64,000 nt of DNA, taken from positions 68,314 through 132,313 of the forward strand of contig JAWSUE010000010.1 in NCBI GenBank assembly GCA_033549065.1, given 5' to 3'. Source of the stretch: Bacillota bacterium. GTDB lineage: Bacteria > Bacillota > Dethiobacteria > DTU022. Positions 58,241 to 64,000 of this stretch are shown here, one piece after another (the first letter of the stretch is position 1; the number at the start of each line of letters is the position of its first letter). Made by a program: the position numbers and the translations under genes. Under the pieces are notes generated by a model, which did no database searches, was not told where the DNA came from, and saw nothing but the letters and a program-made list of their open reading frames with translations.

Positions 58241-60082
58241 GTGGACTGCTTAAAAGGCAAATTGTTGGAAATTAATTTATCCAGCGGCCAGACCAGGGTG
58301 CGCGATATTGATGATAAAGTTCAGAAGCTGTTCTTTGGGGGCAGGTCTCTGGGCGCAAAACTGCTTTATGATGAACTAATGAAAGGAGTAGAACCCCTTT
58401 CACCGGATAATAAGCTTTTTGTTTTAACCGGTCCTGTAACCGGAACCATCGTGCCGAATGCGGGGAAGTATGTGGTTGTAACCAAATCACCGTTGACCGG
58501 AGCTTTTCTTGATTCCTATGCCAGTGGTTTGATATCGGCACAGATCCGTTTTGCCGGTTATGATGGTTTGCTGATCAGTGGAAAAGCTGAAAAACCGGTT
58601 TATATCTGGATTAAAGACGATCAGGTTGAAATAAGAGATGCCGGTCATCTCTGGGGTAAAGATACGATCGAATCAGAGGATCTGATCAAAGAGGAAACAG
58701 AAGATCAGGCCGGTGTGATGGTCATCGGCCCTGCCGGAGAGAAGATGGTTAGAATAGCCAGTATTAACAGTGATCACTACCGGCAGGCAGGCAGGGGCGG
58801 CGGTGGAGCTGTCATGGGTTATAAAAACCTGAAAGGCATAGCAGTTTTTGGTACCGGTGATGTAATCCCCCATGACGGGAAAAAGCTGCAAAAGAAATAT
58901 GAAGAAGACCTATCAAAGCTGCTCTCAAGTGATGTGGGCGTTGCCAGAAAGAGATTTGGTACTCCCCTAACCCTGACAATCACAAACAAGGCAGGAATGC
59001 TGCCGGTCAATAATTTTCAGAAATGTACTTTTCCGGAGGCTGTTGATCAGATCGATGGTTTAGGCGTTGAAAAATCAACGATTAAAACACGGGCTTGCTG
59101 GGGATGCATGGTTGCCTGTTCGAAAATAACCAAGGTTATAGAGGAGGGCCCCTATGAAGGTGATGAAGTCGAAGGACCTGAATATGAAACACTGAGTATT
59201 TTGGGATCAAACCTGGGTATCGCCACCCTGCCTCCGATAATCAGGGCTAATATACTTTGTGACAGGTTGGGCATCGATACCATCTCTGCCGGTGTTGTTA
59301 TCGCTTTCGTTATGGAGTGTTACCAGAGAGATCTTCTCAGTGAAGACGAAATTGGTGTCAAAAATCCCGCTTTCGGTAATGATGCAGCAGTTATGGAATT
59401 GATCGAGATGATTGCTTACAGGCGGGGCTTCGGTGATAAAATGGCTGAAGGTACTCTGCGCCTTGCTGAAGTTGTCGGTAAAGGCAGCAGTGTATTTGCC
59501 ATGCATGTGAAAGGTATGGAGTTCCCGGGGTATGAACCTAGAGCTGCCTTCGGAGCATGTCTTTCTTATGCTGTATCCCCCCGCGGCGCCTGTCACCGCC
59601 GGGCCTGGCCACCTGCCAAAGAAGTGCTCGGAGGATACCCTCCCTTTACCACGGAAGGCAAAGCGGAAATCGTCAGAGATCTCTATAATGAAAATGGTAT
59701 CCTGCACAGCCTGCTGGTATGCGATTTCCCCGCTAAATTTATACCGCTCAATATGGCAGATTACGCCGAGTATGTAACCTATGCCTGCGGTATGGAAACC
59801 ACCCGGGAAGACCTGCAGCAGATGACAGAACGTGGTGAAACGATGATCCGCATGTTCAACAACAGGGAAGGATTCACCCGGGATGATGATACTCTGCCGG
59901 CCAGGATATTGGAAGAAACCCTATCCGATGGCCCAAACCCGGGACAGCGTTTTACGAAAGCCGATCTCGATTTTATGATCGATGAGTATTATGCACTGAG
60001 GGGATGGGATTCAAAGGGAACACCTTTGCCTGAGACCTTGAAAAAACTGGGCATAGAGGATCAGGGGAGGGCTCTAAAATGA
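58241..60082 (+). CDS. Aldehyde:ferredoxin oxidoreductase family tungsten enzyme (AOR), paralog 2
   Basis: GKLLEINLSSG...GGRSLG AOR N-domain. GTG 58241 lies 6 nt after AAGAGGTGA. Confidence 0.85.
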   Translation: MDCLKGKLLEINLSSGQTRVRDIDDKVQKLFFGGRSLGAKLLYDELMKGVEPLSPDNKLFVLTGPVTGTIVPNAGKYVVVTKSPLTGAFLDSYASGLISAQIRFAGYDGLLISGKAEKPVYIWIKDDQVEIRDAGHLWGKDTIESEDLIKEETEDQAGVMVIGPAGEKMVRIASINSDHYRQAGRGGGGAVMGYKNLKGIAVFGTGDVIPHDGKKLQKKYEEDLSKLLSSDVGVARKRFGTPLTLTITNKAGMLPVNNFQKCTFPEAVDQIDGLGVEKSTIKTRACWGCMVACSKITKVIEEGPYEGDEVEGPEYETLSILGSNLGIATLPPIIRANILCDRLGIDTISAGVVIAFVMECYQRDLLSEDEIGVKNPAFGNDAAVMELIEMIAYRRGFGDKMAEGTLRLAEVVGKGSSVFAMHVKGMEFPGYEPRAAFGACLSYAVSPRGACHRRAWPPAKEVLGGYPPFTTEGKAEIVRDLYNENGILHSLLVCDFPAKFIPLNMADYAEYVTYACGMETTREDLQQMTERGETMIRMFNNREGFTRDDDTLPARILEETLSDGPNPGQRFTKADLDFMIDEYYALRGWDSKGTPLPETLKKLGIEDQGRALK

Positions 60083-60471
60083 AAAGAATAAAAGTAATCA
60101 AGGAAAACTGTTATGACTGCAGAATTTGTGAACTTGTCTGCTCCCAGACTCATACTGGCGTATACAGACCTATGATGAGCCGCATAAAAGCGCCTTCTTC
60201 AATACCGGGGTCGGATAAACCTGTCGTCTGTCGTCAGTGTAAAAAACCTAAATGCGTGGAAGCCTGTCCGACCGGTGCTCTGACCAAAGGTGAGGAATGG
60301 ATCCTCTTTGACGAATCCCTTTGTGACAGCTGTGGGTTATGTGTGGAGGCCTGTCCTTTCGATGCTATATGGCTGGTTGAAGAGAAACTTCTAAAATGTG
60401 ATTTATGTGATGGAAATCCCCAGTGCGTTGCCGTCTGTCCCGGCAAGGCACTCGTTTATGAAGATTATTGA
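60079..60471 (+). CDS. 4Fe-4S dicluster ferredoxin-like electron-transfer subunit (AorA-like)
   Basis: Four Cys clusters (CxxCxxC...CP repeated). ATGA overlap with the AOR gene. Confidence 0.7.
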   Translation: MKRIKVIKENCYDCRICELVCSQTHTGVYRPMMSRIKAPSSIPGSDKPVVCRQCKKPKCVEACPTGALTKGEEWILFDESLCDSCGLCVEACPFDAIWLVEEKLLKCDLCDGNPQCVAVCPGKALVYEDY

Positions 60472-60499
60472 TCCATATGAAAGAAACGCAGGTGAAAAT

Positions 60500-60775
60500 A
60501 TGAAAGTAATGATTCATCGGGTAGCGATAGCCGAAAACCTGCCTCCTCATTTTGAATTTAAACTTGAGGATAATGCAACATTTCACGATCTTGTTGTTCG
60601 TCTTAATGATGAATACGGCGAAGGAACCAGCGAAAAGATACTGTCCGGGGACAAACTTCGGGAGGGTGTTTTAGTCCTGGTTAATGGTAAATCCCTGCTT
60701 CAACTGGGAGGCCCTGAGCTGATTTTGAATGACGGCGACGATATTATGCTGGCTGTAACTGTATTTGGTGGTTAA
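60500..60775 (+). CDS. MoaD/ThiS-like ubiquitin-fold sulfur-carrier protein
   Basis: 91 aa, ends in VFGG (C-terminal Gly-Gly). Follows the AOR and ferredoxin genes. Confidence 0.55.
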   Translation: MKVMIHRVAIAENLPPHFEFKLEDNATFHDLVVRLNDEYGEGTSEKILSGDKLREGVLVLVNGKSLLQLGGPELILNDGDDIMLAVTVFGG

Positions 60776-60782
60776 AGGGGAT

Positions 60783-62540
60783 ATGATTACAATGGATTAT
60801 TATTTGAGTGAAGTCCGGGATGGAATGCAAATTGACTGGGATGTTCCGATCAAGATGGATGACGGATTAATATTAAAAGCGGATGTATTCAGGCCGGTTG
60901 AAGAAGGGAAATATCCGGTAATTATGACCTACGGCCCCTATGGAAAAGGCCTTTCTTTCCAGGAAGGTTACCCGGGCCAGTGGAATAAAATGATCAGTGC
61001 CCATCCCGATGTTCCATATGGTTCAACGAATAAATATCAAAATTGGGAAGCTGTAGATCCTGAAAAGTGGGTTTCTGAAGGGTATGTTTGTGTCAGGGTT
61101 GATTCCAGAGGTTGCGGTCGGTCACCAGGGTTTGTTGATCACTTTTCAGAACGGGAAACGAAAGACTTCTATCAATGTATCGAATGGGCTGGTACCCAAC
61201 TCTGGTCAAATGGTAAGGTTGGGTTAAACGGAATCTCCTATTATGCAATGAACCAGTGGCAGGTAGCTTCACTGAACCCTCCTCACCTATGTGCAATTTG
61301 CCCCTGGGAAGGGTCATCTGATTGGTACAGGGATGCGACTCATCACGGTGGTATGCTCTCAACATTTTGGACTCACTGGTATGATATGCAGGTAAAAACA
61401 GTGCAATATGGTTTAGGGGAAAGAGGCCTTCGTAATAAGGTTACAGGACAATTGGTTTGTGGTGATGAGAATCTATCGGATATTGAACTTGCAAAAAACC
61501 GTGCATCCTTTGGTGATGAAATTCTTGCTCACCCTTTAGATGATGAATATCATCGTGAAAGATCCCCTCAGTGGGACAAGATTACTGTTCCCATGCTTTC
61601 ATCAGGGAACTGGGGTGGACAAGGCCTGCATTTAAGAGGCAACGTAGAGGGTTTTGTCCGGGCTGCTTCAAAACAAAAGTGGCTGGAAATTCACGGTTTG
61701 GAACACTGGACCCATTTTTATACAGATTACGGGGTTAATCTGCAGAAAAGATTCTTTGATTATTTCCTGAAGGGCGAGGAAAATGGATGGGACAAGCAGC
61801 CCTCTATTCAACTTCAAATTCGCCAGGTTGATGGTACTTTCGTCCAGCGCTTTGAGAACGAATGGCCTCTGGCCAGAACTGAATGGCGTAAATATTATTT
61901 ACACCCTCGCGGTTATAAGCTTTCAACTGAATATGCAGATGACAAAACAAAAATCGAATTTGAAGCTCTTGGTGATGGGTTGACATTTCTTTCAGATCCA
62001 TTTTCTGAAGAAACTGAAATAACTGGTCCGGTAGCATCGAAACTATTTATATCATCAAGTACGGAAGACGCTGATATTTTTGTTGTACTGAGGCTTTTCA
62101 GGCCTGACCTGCGTGAAGTAAACTTCGTAGGAGCTGTAGATCCGAACATGCCTCTTACGCTTGGATGGCTTAGAGCTTCGCATGGAAAGTTAGATCCACA
62201 ATTAAATAAGCCTTATCGCCCTTACAATAAGCATGATGAAAAACAGCCTCTGAAACCCGGTGTGCCTTTTGAATTAGACGTAGAACTATGGCCAACTTGC
62301 ATTGTTATCCCTAAAGGTTTTCGTATCGGATTTTCAATTCGTGGGAAAGACTACATATATCTCGAAAAAACAGGTATAAGAATTCCGAGCTTTAAAAATG
62401 AACTTAGAGGCTGTGGACCTTTTCTGCACGATGAACCGAGAGACCGGTTAAGTGGTGTTTTCGATGGTCGGACTGCTTTGCATTTCAGGCATGATAAACA
62501 GCCTTATCTTTTGGTTCCTGTTATACCGACTGTCGGTTAG
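60783..62540 (+). CDS. CocE/NonD-family alpha/beta hydrolase (S15 X-Pro dipeptidyl-peptidase-like)
   Basis: N-terminus VPIKMDDGLILKADVFRP...YPVIMTYGPYGKG, about 586 aa. Confidence 0.7.
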   Translation: MITMDYYLSEVRDGMQIDWDVPIKMDDGLILKADVFRPVEEGKYPVIMTYGPYGKGLSFQEGYPGQWNKMISAHPDVPYGSTNKYQNWEAVDPEKWVSEGYVCVRVDSRGCGRSPGFVDHFSERETKDFYQCIEWAGTQLWSNGKVGLNGISYYAMNQWQVASLNPPHLCAICPWEGSSDWYRDATHHGGMLSTFWTHWYDMQVKTVQYGLGERGLRNKVTGQLVCGDENLSDIELAKNRASFGDEILAHPLDDEYHRERSPQWDKITVPMLSSGNWGGQGLHLRGNVEGFVRAASKQKWLEIHGLEHWTHFYTDYGVNLQKRFFDYFLKGEENGWDKQPSIQLQIRQVDGTFVQRFENEWPLARTEWRKYYLHPRGYKLSTEYADDKTKIEFEALGDGLTFLSDPFSEETEITGPVASKLFISSSTEDADIFVVLRLFRPDLREVNFVGAVDPNMPLTLGWLRASHGKLDPQLNKPYRPYNKHDEKQPLKPGVPFELDVELWPTCIVIPKGFRIGFSIRGKDYIYLEKTGIRIPSFKNELRGCGPFLHDEPRDRLSGVFDGRTALHFRHDKQPYLLVPVIPTVG

Positions 62541-62569
62541 GTTAATTTGATATAGTGGAGGCAAATATC

Positions 62570-63400
62570 ATGAATGTTAAGGTCGCGCTGGTACAAACCA
62601 AGGTTGATGAAAGTGAAAATAGCTATGAGATTAATATACAGAGAGCATATGATTATATCGATAATGCTTTAAAAACAGGAGCACAGTTAATCTGTTTTCC
62701 CGAATCATATCCCGGTCCCTGGAAGAAGCCTCTTGACTTTTCTCCCCATGATGATCTGGCTAGAATAGCAAAGCAGAAAAGTATATATCTCATTTACGGT
62801 ACAGCTGAAGAAGCCGAAGGACATCCCGGTAGGCACAGGATTGTGCAGGTTATGCTTGGTCCTGATGGTAATACTGTCGGTAAATATATGCGCACATCTC
62901 CACTCGGTCCCTGGATTTATCGGAAGAGCAGGTTCTGGGATCTGGAATATCTTGAAGCAGAAGATCTGCCTGTTTTTGAAACCGACCTGGGTGTAATCGG
63001 CATGCTGATCTGCAGTGAGGTTTACGTGCCTGAACTCAGCAGAATTCTCGCTATAAAAGGAGCTGAAATCACCTTTTTACCTGCCGGAATCTATAAAGCC
63101 GAACTCTTGGATACCTGGCGAACCCTGATCCATGCCCGGGCAATAGAAAATCTGATGTATACAGCCACCTGCCAGAATATATTGGGAGCTGAAGAAGGAT
63201 TATGTATGGTGGCAAGTCCGGAAAATATCATCGGCGAGATAAAAACTGAAGGAGTTCTGACAGTTGATATAGACCTTCAGCGGATCAGGGAGATGCGGGA
63301 AGCGACAGATCAATATTCTCTTCCTCTGCAATATCGGACCAAGCCGGGTCTTTTAAAACAGTGGCGCCGACCAGTCATTTATGGAGATCTTGTTAAGTAA
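62570..63400 (+). CDS. Carbon-nitrogen hydrolase (nitrilase superfamily, class 13-like)
   Basis: ICFPES (Glu), Lys, and GMLICSE (Cys) triad context. 276 aa. ATG lies 8 nt after GTGGAGG. Confidence 0.75.
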   Translation: MNVKVALVQTKVDESENSYEINIQRAYDYIDNALKTGAQLICFPESYPGPWKKPLDFSPHDDLARIAKQKSIYLIYGTAEEAEGHPGRHRIVQVMLGPDGNTVGKYMRTSPLGPWIYRKSRFWDLEYLEAEDLPVFETDLGVIGMLICSEVYVPELSRILAIKGAEITFLPAGIYKAELLDTWRTLIHARAIENLMYTATCQNILGAEEGLCMVASPENIIGEIKTEGVLTVDIDLQRIREMREATDQYSLPLQYRTKPGLLKQWRRPVIYGDLVK

Positions 63401-63459
63401 ATAATTAGATTACTTAATCCCGGGAATTGCCGGCAGATTAAAGTAAAGGAGTTTATCAG

Positions 63460-64000
63460 ATGAAGACCAAACCAAAGGTTTCAATCGTCCACGGGCAAAA
63501 TGTAAGTGGTACTCCATGCAGCTATAATGAAGCGGATCTTGATGCAGTATACAACCTGGTTAAGGAAAGTATAGACTTAATTGGGGGGATAAGTTCTGTT
63601 GTCCAACCGGGAGACAGGGTGCTTTTGAAGGTCAACAGTACCGGTGAAGCTGCTGCCGATCGAGCAGCAACAACAGATCCCCGCGTGCTTCAATCGGTTA
63701 TCCGCCTGATCAGAGATGAGGCAAAGCCTCGTTATATTAAGGTAATGGATCGAACTGGCGCTGCTCGCTGCACAGAACAATCTTTTTGTGCTACCGGATT
63801 AAAAGACGCTGCACTGAATGCCGGTGCCGATGATGTTATCAACCTCGAAAATGAAGCACGAGTGCAGGTGCGAATTCCGAAAGCCATGGCCCTGACCAAA
63901 GATGTGATCCACATCCCTAAGTGCTTGTTGGAAGCCGATACACTGATTTACATTCCAAAGCTAAAAGCACATAAGATCACATCTGTGAGCCTCACAATGA
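63460..64000 (+). CDS. DUF362-domain protein, paralog 3 (partial, runs off the window end)
   Basis: ATG lies 8 nt after AAAGGAG. N-terminal region is paralogous to 51201 (VYNLVKESIDLIGGISS..PGDRVLLKVN...TDPRVLQSVIRLI). Confidence 0.55.
   Translation, partial: MKTKPKVSIVHGQNVSGTPCSYNEADLDAVYNLVKESIDLIGGISSVVQPGDRVLLKVNSTGEAAADRAATTDPRVLQSVIRLIRDEAKPRYIKVMDRTGAARCTEQSFCATGLKDAALNAGADDVINLENEARVQVRIPKAMALTKDVIHIPKCLLEADTLIYIPKLKAHKITSVSLTM

Noticed and set aside
1-64000. CRISPR arrays, tRNA or rRNA genes, transposases, integrases, phage genes
   Set aside because: No direct-repeat/spacer periodicity, cloverleaf-like segments or recombinase/transposase-like ORFs were recognised. The island boundaries are therefore not marked by obvious mobility genes in this window.

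Overview
The window is 64 kb of a moderately AT-rich (mid-40s % GC by eye) anaerobic Firmicutes/Clostridia-like chromosome. Genes are densely packed, mostly on the + strand, with Shine-Dalgarno sites, overlapping start/stop codons of the ATGA/TTGA kind, and rho-independent terminators. No rRNA, tRNA, CRISPR array, transposase or integrase was found. Positions 1 to about 22 kb are housekeeping or near-core genes: a BMP-family nucleoside ABC importer followed by pdp and deoC; a UPF0182 membrane protein; an RNase HI ORF that reads through in frame into pfkA; an ecfA1-ecfA2-ecfT ECF transporter with its own S component on the minus strand; a sodium:solute symporter with a translationally coupled small subunit; comEC; an ECF sigma/anti-sigma pair; and rubrerythrin. 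From about 22 kb to the end of the window lies a large accessory-looking catabolic neighbourhood. It holds a GntR regulator with a near-consensus promoter and palindromic operator, a CitE-like lyase, a TRAP transporter, a four-subunit molybdenum hydroxylase whose Mo subunit is split into two translationally coupled genes, and a Mo-bisPGD oxidoreductase. It also holds two tungsten-type aldehyde:ferredoxin oxidoreductases with ferredoxin and MoaD-like partners, Liv-type ABC and MFS transporters, and many C-N bond hydrolases: two nitrilase-superfamily genes, a C45 acyltransferase, a creatinase-like M24 protein, a creatininase-family protein, an MBL hydrolase and an amidohydrolase-2 remnant. Three paralogous DUF362 Fe-S proteins are present, and two of them sit directly after a nitrilase-superfamily gene. 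A split Tm-1-like pair (PEP-hydrolase-like TIM barrel plus UPF0261) is also present. The best candidate for an undescribed system is this repeated C-N hydrolase/DUF362 pairing plus the UPF0261/TIM-barrel pair, creatininase, AOR-Fd-MoaD and CocE/NonD genes at about 46 to 64 kb, tentatively an anaerobic pathway for a nitrile, amide or N-heterocycle substrate. All functional calls rest on motif recognition in the supplied translations. No database search was possible.
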